Both the position numbers and the translations under genes were made by a program. Of a stretch of 64,000 bases of DNA, positions 13,279 through 25,295 are shown one piece after another. This DNA is from Glaucostegus cemiculus (lineage: Eukaryota): positions 33,666,001-33,730,000 of the forward strand of contig CDPCPM010000180.1 of the NCBI GenBank assembly GCA_976551045.1, read 5' to 3'. The notes under the pieces were generated by a model. The model ran no database searches. It saw nothing but the letters and a program-made list of their open reading frames with translations, and was not told the origin of the DNA. The first letter of the stretch is position 1, and the number at the start of each line of letters is the position of its first letter.

Positions 13279-13564
13279 GATATAATTTTCCTCTTTCCCC
13301 AAAGGAGGGAGGAGTTTTTCTCCAGACTTCCGAGGGAGTATGAGAAACAAACTGCAGAGTAGATACGGTTGTGAGCGCAGGACCTTGCATTTGAAGTGTA
13401 GAAGGGCTGATTTGTCTGATCCATGCTGCTGATACATGGAGAATAGATCTGGGCTCTCTTGATTGAAGTTTATTTTCCAAGGATGGCTACCTGGCTTGAG
13501 GTATCCCATCAGATTTTTAGGCCTCTTCTTCCAGAAGTGTGTTCCTATGTTTCTATGGACTTGG

Positions 13565-14095
13565 CTCCATGAAAGTGGCCACGCAAATAGATAAGGTGAT
13601 AAAGAAGGCAAATGGCACGCTTGCCTTCATTGGTCAGGGCATTGAGTATAAGAGTCAGAAAATCATGTTGCAGCTGTATAAGAATTTTGGTTAGTTCTTG
13701 GAGTATTTTGTGTAATTCTGGTCGCCCCGTTACAGGAAGGATGCGGAGGCTTTGGAAAGGGTGCAGAAAAGGTTTACAGGGATGCTGCCTGGATTAGAGG
13801 GTATGAGCTATAAGGAGAGGTTGGACAAACTTGAGTTATTTTCTCTGAGAAAGTTTAAAGGAGATGTATGGGGCAGATTTTTTTTACACAAGAGGGTGGT
13901 AGGTGACTAGAACACTGCTAGGGGTAATGGTGGAAGCAGATATATTAGTGGCTGTTAAGTAGACACATGGATATGTAGGGAATGGAGGGATATGGATCAT
14001 GTACAGGAAAAAGAGATTACGTTTAATTCAGCATAGTGTTCAGCACAGACATCATGGGCCAAAGGGCCTGTTCCTGTGCTGTACTGTTCTATGTA
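13565..14095 (+). mobile_element. CR1 LINE 3' fragment
   Basis: Decayed C-terminal coding region and tail GGGCCTGTTCCTGTGCTGTACTGTTCTATG. Confidence 0.8.
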
Positions 14096-16562
14096 CTCAT
14101 TGCTTTTGGGGGAGGAGGGGTATGGGAAGAAAATTGGAGTTTAGGAGAAATACATTGCACTGGATCTACATAATGTGCATTACTAATTGCCTGACAAGCA
14201 TCATACCCTGACTATCACAACAGTGAGGCTGCACTGAGACTACTTGGGCCTCTGCATATGCGAGGACCTTACCATTTCCAAACAGCTAGGTTCACTTTAT
14301 AATTTCCTTGCATCCAGGTCCATTGTGTATCATGAAGCAATTGGGTCATATCATGAGTGGCTAAAAGCAATGGAGAGAGACTGGGGTACTTTCAAAAATT
14401 GGTTAGGGGCAAAAGGAAATGTGGGTGCAGGGTAAAAGGGTGGAGTGCAAAGGAGTCAAATAACAAGGGTTTCCTGTAATTTTAAAACAGAAATGGCTGC
14501 CCACAACTCATCTCTCTCTGCACAACCCAACTGGGCACTCCATGAATATAGTGTTTCAGGTGAAAGGTCTTGACACAAAATGTCGACTGTCCATTTCCCT
14601 CCATAGATGCTGTCTTTCCTGCTGAATTCATTCTGCACTCTGTTGCTCCAGATCCCAGCATCTGCGGCCTCTTGTGTCCCCAGACCCTTTTATTGTTTTC
14701 CAGTGTTGTTTTACTTAGTTTATGGCTCAACAAAGCTTTTGGAAGGCTTGCCTGTGGTTTCTGGGCCCTATGTATCAGGTACCTAACAGCTCATCTTCCA
14801 CCTCTCTGTGAACACAATGTGCTCTGCCCAAGAAGGTGAAAATGTTCTCCGCTCGAACTTCAAGAAATGCACACACCAAACCTCTGATTTTTTAATCCAG
14901 CATCTTTCTAATGTTTTAATCCAACATATTTCTGATTTCCACTAATTCTAAAAATGAATAATTGATTTTTTTATAAGAAAAATTACAAAAATTCCTTTCT
15001 CTCCAGGAAACACTCAAATCTTGTCCAGTGACCACATGAAGCTAATTGGTAGGGTCATTCCATTGCAATAATTTACAATGTAACAAGGTCTCATAAATCC
15101 CAGCTGCTGCTGCATTATGCCCTGGGGACAATTTAACTTTACTCTCAGCATCTGTCTATTGGCTTTGCGAAAGATCCAGGCAGAATACTGGTTTGACAGA
15201 GTGCAGTGGAGGAAGCTGCTGACAGCTGAGGAAATATATTTCCCCAGGGATTCATTATAAACCATCCAATGAATAGTTAATCCTGATCAAGGGTTGACCA
15301 AATTTGTTGGCAGTAGTAGCTCATTTCTGCTTGCATTCCTTGTACTGGAAATATTTTTTACATGGCCATTTGTCAGTGCCTGAATAATGATGCAAAAAAA
15401 ACTAACTGGCAAAATACAGTTTGATTGCATCACACTTACATTGCCCAGAAATGTTTCTTGTATTTCCACATTTCCTTCGGAGACAGAGTGATCATTTTGG
15501 CCCATCAAGTCTATGCCAACTCACAGAGCAATCCTTTTCTCCCACTGATTTTCTCTGTAACCTGTTCTTGCACCCCAGACACCTACACACCACAGGCAAG
15601 CAACAGAGGCCAATCAACCTACTATCTTGTGTGTCTTTGGGATGTGGGAGAAACTGGTGCACCTAGGGTAAACTTGCACAGTCACCGAGAGAATATGCAG
15701 ACTCCACTCTGATAGCACTAGAGGTCATGATCGAACCTAGCTCATTGGAACTGTGAGATAACAGCTCTATTAGCTGCATTACTGTGCCGCTTAATGTTGC
15801 TTTATAGCACAAGATACCAAAGGAACTCACTAGTGAAAAAGGTGCAAGACGTAAACAATAAATTATTGTCATATTGGAGCTAGATGTAGAAATAATTTTT
15901 GTTTGTTTCATTAAAGTAGTATGTAAGGGTATCAGTTTTAATATCCTTTTGATTAATGTTTCATTAAAGGTAGACAGATGTATTTTGTTCTTGCATCATC
16001 AAGTAATTGGTAATTGGTTTATTATTGTCACATGTACTGAGGTACAGTGAAAATTTTTGTTTTGCTTGCTATCCATACAGATCATTTCATCGTATCAGTA
16101 CATCAAGGTAGTACAAGGGAAAAGTAATAACAATGCAAAATATAGTGTTCCAGTTACAGAAAAAGTGTAGTGCAGGCAGACGATAAGGCAGTGAGGTGGA
16201 TTATGAAGTCAAGAGTTCATCTTATGATACCAGGGAATCGTTCAATAGCGGGATAGATGCTTTTCTTGAGCCTGGTGGTACGTGCTTTCAGGCTTTGTAT
16301 CTACTGTCCAATGGGAGGGGGGAGAGAAGAGATATATGGTAAGATGTATATTTCTTCAGTTTTACTGATAAAGGTTGGTCATGTGATGATTTCATGTGGT
16401 TAGACTGGCTGCAAGTAACATCAGACCACACCTTCCTCCATTAAGGACAGTTTAAAAGCCAAGTTTGCCAGCTTTTCATTCAGAAGTAATCTTCTGGTAT
16501 AATCAGATTGAAATGTATGTATTCCTAGCCTCAGGCATTCATAATTATATTCATTATTTCAG

Positions 16563-16671
16563 ACTGGATTTTGTCTATGACTTAGTTGAGCATGCATCAA
16601 GCAAGAATAATGAAGACACACTTAAATCTGGGACCAAACATCGAAAGCCAACTGTTAGCTCTCAGTTCAAG
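16563..16671 (+). CDS. MYO10: MYO10 exon (loop 2): LDFVYDLVEHASSKNNEDTLKSGTKHRKPTVSSQFK
   Basis: atttcag acceptor, AAG|gtcaat donor; 109 nt. Confidence 0.94.
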
Positions 16672-17637
16672 GTCAATATTATTTCCATTGATTGAATTCA
16701 TTTTTTTGTGCACATTCTATGTCTGCAACCAAAACCAATGTTTCCTAACCAGTAAAACACCACTGGATGATGCAGGTGAGTTAAAATCCACAGGAAAAGT
16801 TTGGATTGTGCTGGAAAATGGGAGGCGTACCTCATGATGTTTTAGCACTGAGCACCGATCTGAGCTGATGGTGGCTGCACCATAAATTAAGAGTTCAGAC
16901 CTCGTTACCATGATGCCAGTGTGGGCTGCACATTTGCTGACCTTAAAGTTGATATATGCCTTTCAGCTTCTGGAATGGCAAACACCAGCTGGGGCTGTGC
17001 CAGACATTACCAAACCCAGATCCACACCTCTGCACGAAGTGGTGCTTACCGCCTAAAAGTCACACTGGAAGTTATCTCGCTGATGGCAGATCATTAGAGA
17101 AGGTGGTGGCTCTCTGTAGGTTGCCTTACCCAGATGCTGAGCTTGGGCCATGAGTGGGTATGGCAGTGAGGTGACTTCCCTTAGTTATAGTGGGAGTAGA
17201 CTGCTGGCCCAAAGCATTAACTGGGCGGCTTCATTTACAGCTTATCCCTACCACAATCCTGGTCTCACCCTATCAGATATATTCTCTTTTGTCCTATCTA
17301 TTCATCCACCTGCCATTTAAAACTATCTTGTTTTCTCTCTTTCTCAGTTCTGATGAGGGGTATTAAACCTGAAATACTAGACCTGTTTCTCTTTCCATCG
17401 ATGCTGCCTGTTTCCAGGATATTCTGTTTTTATTTCATACTTCCAGCATCTGCAGTTTTTGATTTTCAGAGAATCCAACCATCTAGCTGTGATGTTAAGT
17501 GGCATTACCGTGGACAAGCAGCCACCACCAACATATTGGGGGGAATCACCATTGACCAATAACTCATTTGGACCAGCCACATAATACTGTGGCTGTGGGA
17601 GCAGGTTAGAGGCTGACCACCAGTGGCACACCTCCTT

Positions 17638-19106
17638 ACATAGTACATAGAACAATACAGCACAGAACAGGCCCTTCAGCCCATCAAGCTGTGCCATCCT
17701 ACAAACATCTCCCAAACTAACTCTTTCCACCCTCATATCCTACTATTCCACATTCTTCCATGTGCTTATCTAACAATCTCTTAAACCTGTCCAACGTATC
17801 TGCCTCCACTACCACCCCAGGCAGTGCATTCCATGCACCAACCACTCTCTGGGTGAAAAACTTCCCTCTGACATCTCCCCTATACTTTCCACCAATTATT
17901 TTAAAGGCATGCCCTCTCGTCTTGAGCATCTGCGCTCTGGGAAAGAGGCGCTGACTATTAACTCTATCTATTCCTCTCAATATCTTAAACACCTCTATCA
18001 AGTCCCCTCTCATCCTCCTCTCTAATGAGTAGAGCCCTAGCACCTTAAGCCTCTCTTTATATTCCATACCCTCCAATCCAGGCATCATCCTGGTAAATCG
18101 CCTCTGCACCCTCTCCAACGCCTCCACATCCTTCCTATAATGCGGCGACCAGAACTGAACACAATATTCCAAGTGCGGCCTAACTAGAGTTTTGTAAAGC
18201 AGCATCATCACCTCTCTGCTCTTGAACTCAATCCCTTTATTTATAAAAGCCAACATCCCATAAGCCTTCTTAACAGCCCTATCCACCTGCGAGGCAACTT
18301 TGAGTGAACTGTGGATATGAACCCCCAGATCCCTCTGCTCCTCTACACTGCCAAGAACCTTGCCATTTACCTTATACTCTGTCCTGGAGTTTGTCCTCCC
18401 AAAGTGCACCACCTCACACTTCTCCGGATTAAACTCCATCTGCCACCTGTCAGCCCAGTTCTGCATCCTATCAATATCCCCCTGTAAGCTCCTACAGTCC
18501 TCCACACTATCTACCACACCACCGATCTTGGTGTCATCTGCAAATTTACCAACCCATCCCTCCACTCCTTCATCTAAATCATCTATGAATATAACAAAGA
18601 GTAGAAGCCCCAGAACTGATCCCTGCGGGACTCCACTAGTCACAGCCCTCCAATCCGAGGGCACTCCCTCCACCACAACCCTCTGCCTTCTACAGGAAAG
18701 CCAATTTCTTATCCACACAGCCAACCTCCCCTGGATACCTCGACCTCTGATCTTCTGAAGAAGCCTGCCATGAGGAACCTTATCGAACGCCTTACTAAAA
18801 TCCATATACACTACATCCACCGCCCTGCCCTCATCAAGCTTCCTCGTCACCTCGTCAAAGAACTCTATCAGGCTCGTGAGGCAAGATCTTCCCTTCACAA
18901 AGCCATGCTGACTGTCCCTAATCAGTCCATGACTCTCCAAGTGCTCATAGATCCTATCCCTCAAAATCCTTTCCAACAGCTTACCTACCACAGACGTGAG
19001 ACTCACCGGTCTGTATTTTCCCGGACTATCTCTACTGCCCTTCTTAAACAAGGGAACAACATCCGCTGAAGGGAACAACATCCGCTATAAGGGAACAACA
19101 TCCGCT
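17638..19106 (-). mobile_element. Young 5'-truncated CR1-clade LINE (RT domain to C terminus open), nested in an older LINE fragment
   Basis: 454-aa ORF with YRPVSLTS, QHGF, DFSKAFDKV, GVPQGSVLG, FADDTK; CR1 3' UTR and short repeat tail; many CpGs retained. Confidence 0.93.
19050..19106. repeat. Three copies of AAGGGAACAACATCCGCT (18 bp) at the LINE 5' junction
   Basis: Copies at 19050-19067, 19069-19086 and 19089-19106, separated by G and AT. Confidence 0.92.
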
Positions 19107-20857
19107 AAAACCTTAATACACCCTAAAACCTTTCCCCATCTGCAAAGCACAAGTTATGATCGTAATGGAATACTCTCCACGGGCCTGGATGAGTGCAGCT
19201 CCAGTAACACACAGAACCTGTTACCACCTGGGGCAAAACAACCAGTGTGTGCTTTCCAGCTACAGAAAGTTTTGACCTCAATGTGTTCAATACCAAAATC
19301 AAATCGGAATGTTTTGTAACTGGGGTTGTTGCTTTTATGGGTTTTTTGTGGCTATTTTTCAGTAAATGAGAACACTCAGCAAAGATGTAAGTGGGACTTT
19401 CAATCACAGTATTGCGGAATCAGAGATTGTTCACGTACAGTAAGATTTGATGTGCTTTTGGATTTCCAGCTTGGAAAGGTTGCTGAGATGTGTTATGTTG
19501 TTAATGTGCTCTTAAGCATGTTGCATTCCAATGCAGCTCACTGAAATGTAAGTCTGTTCAGCCCGGAGCATGTAAACTCACAGGGGAATGTGGATCACTC
19601 TGCGTATGCCATGGTACAGCCAGTTCCAATTTGATGTGAAGACGGACAGCAAAGACACCTGCCAAGAGCTGCTGTGATCCACTTTAAATAAGACATCCTC
19701 AGGGACTGATCTGCTATTTTATGCAGAGGTCTGAGCAGGCAAAATCTGTCTGGAACCACAGGCAGTGCCAATGCATGAGTACTCTTCCTTGCCCTGAAGA
19801 GAAACATCAGGTCTCCCACCACCTGCTTCCCAGCTCCATCTGACTCAATTCTGGAGGATCAGATGTATCCTAGAAGCCAGTCATCGACTCTCCAGCAGTA
19901 GCTTGCTTCCCGCTTTCAGTAATTGACAGTTGCCTCCCACTGGCCTCCCACCCACTCCATTCAGGAGATGGTCAGTCTATGAGACTCGACTGCTGCTTTC
20001 TTCCATGGTGGGCAGGTTGGCCTTGAACTCTGCCACTGTTCCACTCATTTTAAAATCAGAACACTGCTTGCAGCAGTTCAGTATTTTGGGGGAGAGGGTG
20101 ATTGAACTGGGTAGAGTGAACAGGGGTGCCTCAGAGCAAAAACAGCAAATGCTGGAAGCACTCAGTAAGTCAGGCAGCAGCTGTGGAAAGAGAAGAACTA
20201 ACATTTCAGGTAGATGACCCTTCATCGAAAGTAGGAAAGTGAGAAAACCGATTAGTTTAAGTAGTAGAGAGTATAGGGGAGGGATAGTTCCGATAAAGGC
20301 AAAATCTCTGATGGCATGAACCCAGGGTTGCCCAGATGGTCCCTATGTTTATAGAGTCGTCTGGTTAATGGATTAATAAGGCTTTTAGAGGGAAAACTAA
20401 ATGGTTGTGTAAAAGGTGTGAAATGCAGGTCAGAATTCTCGCTGAGAACTGAAAACTATGAAGAGAATGCTGGAAATGCCCAGCGGTGTCTGTGGAGAGA
20501 GAAAGCCTGAGTTAATATTACAGGTGGATGACCCATGGCAGAACTGTCCAATTCCGATACAAACAGAAGAAGGTTGTCTAAAATTATGGAATTCCAGTCC
20601 GGAAGACTGCATCATGTCCGAGCAGAAGATGAGGTGCTGTTCCTCATGTTTACATTGGGCTTCATTGGAATAATTTAAGAGAAAGGTCAGAGTGAAATGG
20701 AGAAGTGAAAGGCAATGCTGTATATCAGACTAACTTTGCTGAAGGCAATGCATAGTAAATATTCACGGTTTGTTAATGAAAGTAAACAGCATAAAGCCTG
20801 TTGGGTTAAATTAATTACTTTGAAAGCTGAAACTGGTATTTCTTTCCATCTTTTCAG

Positions 20858-20938
20858 AACTCTCTCCATTCGCTGATGGCTACATTAAGCACATCAAATC
20901 CATTCTTTGTCCGATGCATCAAACCCAATGTTCAGAAG
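20858..20938 (+). CDS. MYO10: MYO10 exon: NSLHSLMATLSTSNPFFVRCIKPNVQK
   Basis: ttttcag acceptor, AAG|gtaagt donor; FVRCIKPN motif; 81 nt. Confidence 0.96.
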
Positions 20939-21799
20939 GTAAGTTTTAAGTGAACTGGATCACAGGAGGCATTCTGAGCTCAGTTTATGCTTTGGGTAAA
21001 ACATTTACCAGAGTGATTTTCCCTCAATGACAAAGGTGCAGTTACCGAAGCAGCCAGTCTGTCTTGTATGTTAACCTGTACTCATGAGCTAGTGATGAGA
21101 ATTTTAGTGGGGGTTTGTATATCTAATGAGAAACTTTACTTTGCATTTTTTTAATATATTCATTCATAATGGGATATAGTTGTCAGTGGTAAATCTAGCT
21201 AGTAGAGCATGTACCACCAGGCTTGAGGACAGCTTTATTCCCACTGTTATCAAGCTCTTGATCAGACCTCTCGTGCTAAACAATAAACTCTTGATCTCCC
21301 AATCTACCTTGTCGTGGACCTTGCACTTTATTTGTCTATGTGCACTACACTTTCTCTAACTGAAACTATATTCTGCATTCTATTTTCTTTTCACTACCTC
21401 AATATATAGTAATTATGTATGGAATGATCTGTCAGGATGATACACAAATAAAAGCTTCTCACTGTATCTTGGTACATGTGACAATAATAAACCAATCTGA
21501 TCCAATTTACCACACAACCTCATTGCCCATTACCTTGGTGCCTTGCAGGGCCATTTCAGTGGGCAGGTATATATCTCAGCCACATTGCTGTGGGGCTGAA
21601 GCTACTCCTAGGCCAAACAGAGTATGGAGAACAGTTTTCCATTTGTGAAATTGATGGGATTTTACAATCCATTGACGTCATGGTCACCTTTATTCAATAT
21701 TTAAAGTCAAAATCAAGTTTATTGCCACATGCACAAGTACATGTAAGCACAGGTGCAATGGAAAAACTTATTTGCAGCAGCATCACAGGCATATAGCAT

Positions 21800-22092
21800 C
21801 ATGTTAGTGTAGCGGTTAGTGTAACACTATTACAGTGCCAGCGACCCAGGTTCAATTCCGGTCGCTGTCTATGAGGAGCTTGTACGTTCTCCCCATGTCT
21901 GCGTGGGTTTCCTCCGGGTGCTCCGGTTTCCTCCCACATTCCAAAGACATACAGGTTAGGAAGTTGTGGGCATGTTATGTTGGCGCCGGAAGCGTGGTAA
22001 CACTTGCGGGCTGCCTCCAGAACACTCCATGCAAAGATGCATTTCACTGTGTGTTTCAATATACATGTGAATAATAAAGATATCTTATCTTT
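21800..22092 (+). mobile_element. tRNA-derived V-SINE (HE1-like), nested in a LINE tail
   Basis: A/B-box-like head (TAGCGGTTAG...GGTTCAATTCC), V-domain GTCTGCGTGGGTTTCCTCCGGGTGCTCCGGTTTCCTCCCACA, tail AATAAAGATATCTTATCTT. Confidence 0.85.
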
Positions 22093-22719
22093 AAGCAGCA
22101 TTCACAAGAAAAACATAAATTAAACATAAATTATACACAATTTTTACAAGAAAGAACATAACTAGAACAAAAGCAAACATAACCCAAAAAAATTACTTAC
22201 TAAATTAAGGAATTTTATTTCTCCACTGCTGTGATTGGATTAAAACTCCTATCAATGGATCATTAGTTAAATAGATCGCCATTAAGACCTCTATACCCGC
22301 ACACTAAGTGAGGTGTCACATTATGACAGCTGCCTGTATGGCATTGCTACTTCTGAGTGGACCAGACACAGGATAACAGTAGGGGATAGGTGCTGTCATT
22401 CATATCTCATCTTCACACTTGTTGAGTGAATGCTGTCTATGTTCTAACTGCCTTGCAGTCATAAGTTTTACTGTGGAAAGATCCTGATAGGATAGTGCAC
22501 ACCCTCTCACTCCAATCCCTAATGATTAAAAGGATGTTGAGGTTTGCTGGGGTTTGTAAGACTGACACCAGATTAAAATATCTTGAATTCCCAAACCTGG
22601 AAATAGTATTCCTGAAAAATGTGTATAAAATGGTGCTGCATAGCTTAACCTGGGTTTGCTTGTCCCAGTGCCATGCAAGAAAGCTTGTAAATTTATAATG
22701 TGTGTACATAGGGCAGGAA

Positions 22720-22777
22720 GTTTAAGATGTGTGCAGGAAAGTGTGCGTGTTTAAGATGTGCGCAGGAAAGTGTGTGT
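22720..22777. repeat. 29-bp tandem duplication
   Basis: GTTTAAGATGTG(T/C)GCAGGAAAGTGTG(C/T)GT x2. Confidence 0.85.
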
Positions 22778-23182
22778 GTTTGAAGTGAATTTCATCAATG
22801 TGGTGCTCACTTTAACCCCATCTTGAATCTAATTCAAGCTAAGAAAGGAACTCTTCAAACCAACACAAACCTCCCTCAATGGATGTGAGCTTGGATGTGG
22901 TCAGAAGCCTGTAAATCCACCGAGGAATTTATGTCCCGCATGTTTAATTTCAGGGCTCGGGATTTTATTATGATGTTTTCTTCTGCTGAAAGAAGTGTGC
23001 TAGCAATCATCTGGTGTTAAAACTAACATTATGCTTCCAATATTTACTGATTCATGGTGTCTTTTTGGTGAGCAGGATGAAATGGAAGGGGAAAAGTCAC
23101 CTTATAGTTCTTGTTTTGAACTTTAAGAGCTTATAAAGGCTGAAGCAAAAGTATGCCTTATACAAATGCTTCAGGCCCAAAT

Positions 23183-24685
23183 TGGAGTCATTCAGACACA
23201 TTGGAGTCACCTCCAATGTGTCTGAATGACTACCGTCCCATAGCTCTTAACACCGATCGTCATGAAATGCTTTGCGAGGCTAGTTATGAAGCACATCAGA
23301 TCCATCCTCCCCCCAACCTTGGATCCTCAACAGAATGCATATCGGGCAAACAGGTCTACCGATGATGCAGTCTCCTCTGCCCTGCACTCTGCACTATATC
23401 ACTTAGAAAAGAAGGATTCGTACATCAGTCTGCTACTCATCGACTTCAGCTCTGCTTTCAATACCATCATCCCACAACAGCTAATCAGGAAGTTGAGCAC
23501 ACTGGGCATTAACGCTCCTCTCTGCAACTGGATACTGGACTTTCTCACTTGCAGGCCGCAGTCAGTCAGAATTGGTGAGAACACCTCGAGCACCATCACA
23601 CTAAGCACTGGCTCCCCACAGGGTTGTGTGCTCAGTCCGCTCCTGTTCACCTTGTTGACTCACGACTGTGAGGCCAGATCCAGCTCCAACCACATTGTCA
23701 AATTCGCCGATGACACAACAGTGGTGGGTCTTGTCACGGATGACGATGAGTTGGACTACAGAGAGGAGATGAAACAACTAGCTATGTGGTGCAGTGACAA
23801 CAACCTCTCCTTGAATGTGGGAAAAAACCAAGGAGATGATAGTGGATTTTAGGAGGGGTCACCGTGTGCACGCCCCGCTGACCATCAACGGGTCTGCTGT
23901 GGAACAAGTAAGCAGCACCAAGTTCCTGGGGGTGCACATCACCAATGACCTGACCTGGTCCACTAACATCACTGCCCTCATGAAGAAAGCCCAGAAACGC
24001 CTCTACTTCTTGTGGAGACTGAGGAAAGCGTACTCCCATCCCTCAGTTATGAAAACTTTCTATAGAGGGACCACTGAGAGCATCTTAACCCAATGTATCA
24101 CTGTTTGGTTTGGAAGCTGCTCAGCTGCTGGGCGGAAGTCCCTCCAGAGGATAGTTAGGGCTGCGGAGAGGATCATAGGTGTCTCTCTTCATCCATCGCA
24201 GACATATACAAAGACCCGTTGTGTTAGGAAGACCAAAAATATTAAGGCGGATCCTTCTCACCCCTCCCATCGTCTCTTTACAATTTTGCCATCTGGAAGG
24301 AGGCTCAAAGGTATCAGGGCGAGATCGACCAGGCTGAGCAATAGTTTCTTTCCACAAGCCATCAGAACTGCGAACTCTCATTCCTCCATCTTCCTTGTTA
24401 ACACTAAGAGATGCTAGGTGCACAGAAATGCATCAGCACTTTAAATGCCCTCCACCGGCCCGTTCACTTTAATAACTATTTATTTAATTACCGGCCATAT
24501 TTAATTTAACCTGCCGTATTTAATTTAATTCAAACTTCCGTAGTTTTTAATGTTTTTTTTGTTCAGTGTGTCTGTGTGTCTCTGCTGTTTGTTATTTAAT
24601 GGGACGAGCGCCTGAGGAGGATGGTATCTCGCTCCTATGCATACTATGTATGTATATGGTTGTGACAATAAAACTGATTCTGATA
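23183..24685 (+). mobile_element. 5'-truncated Rex1/Babar-type LINE (RT with frameshifts)
   Basis: [68 protein letters not shown]; frameshifts near 23250 and 23825; candidate TSD CCAAAT at 23177-23182 and 24686-24691. Confidence 0.88.
23186..23231. repeat. Perfect inverted repeat, 21-bp arms, 4-nt loop
   Basis: AGTCATTCAGACACATTGGAG-TCAC-CTCCAATGTGTCTGAATGACT. Confidence 0.95.
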
Positions 24686-24855
24686 CCAAATAAAATAATC
24701 AGCAAAGAATCTCCTGTTTTCCAAGATATCAGGCTAATGAGGCCAGGTACTGATCAAAGGAAAAGTTCTTTCCATTGGTGTCCCTAAACTCCAGTTTAAA
24801 TTTCTTGACACCAGAAATGCTAATAATCACATCAATTAAATTGTTCTTTTCTGTG

Positions 24856-25295
24856 GTTGCCTTGGAAACTTGAGCGAGGTAGTTGTGTAGGTCCATGCCA
24901 GTAGCTCATTAGAAAGTGAAATGAGATGGAGCAGAAGAGTCCGTTGATTGTGTGTCTGTGAGCAGCTTGCTGCAAAACCATTAGCTTGCACTTTTCATTT
25001 TTTTTAAATCTAGTGAATTTTGTCTTGGTATCCAGATAATTGTTCAGGAAGTTCTTCTGCATTTGAAGTTGTGGTTATATAGAGAGTGCGAATCTCAAGA
25101 GACAAATTGGATTCCTGCAAGCCAGGAAAGCCTGCAGCAGTTTCCATTGAGCTAGTTTGTGTTCTCTTAGTAAGAAAAATAATAAGGGAGACACAACCAA
25201 ACTCTACTACAACTGAGTTACCAGCTCCTGATGGATATTTAGAACTGCAGTGCTGCTACTTTGTAGAAACAGATACTAAGCAAATTAAGGTATGT
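24856..25295 (+). promoter_or_regulatory. Candidate internal promoter and non-coding first exon for headless MYO10
   Basis: Repeat-free stretch with RFX X-box-like GTTGCCTTGGAAAC (24856-24869), TATA-like TATATAGA (25076-25083) and donor AAG|GTATGT at 25289/25290; lies in the intron before the MPDQF exon. Confidence 0.3.

Noticed and set aside
17760-19069. Plus-strand ORFs of 64-132 aa
   Set aside because: Antisense shadows of the CR1 RT frame; likewise 58768-59725.
19050-19106. CRISPR-like direct repeats
   Set aside because: Linkers are 1-2 nt, the unit is LINE coding sequence, there are no cas genes and the context is a vertebrate intron.
19490-19553. Alternative exon ending at AAT|GTAAGT
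   Set aside because: No ATG frame compatible with the phase-0 downstream exon and no convincing acceptor or promoter signal.
21800-21870. tRNA gene
   Set aside because: tRNA-like head of a V-SINE that continues into the V-domain; the same applies at about 49680-49750 and 54556-54630.
22720-22777. 29-bp duplication as a regulatory element
   Set aside because: Ordinary slippage duplication near (GT)n; nothing indicates function.
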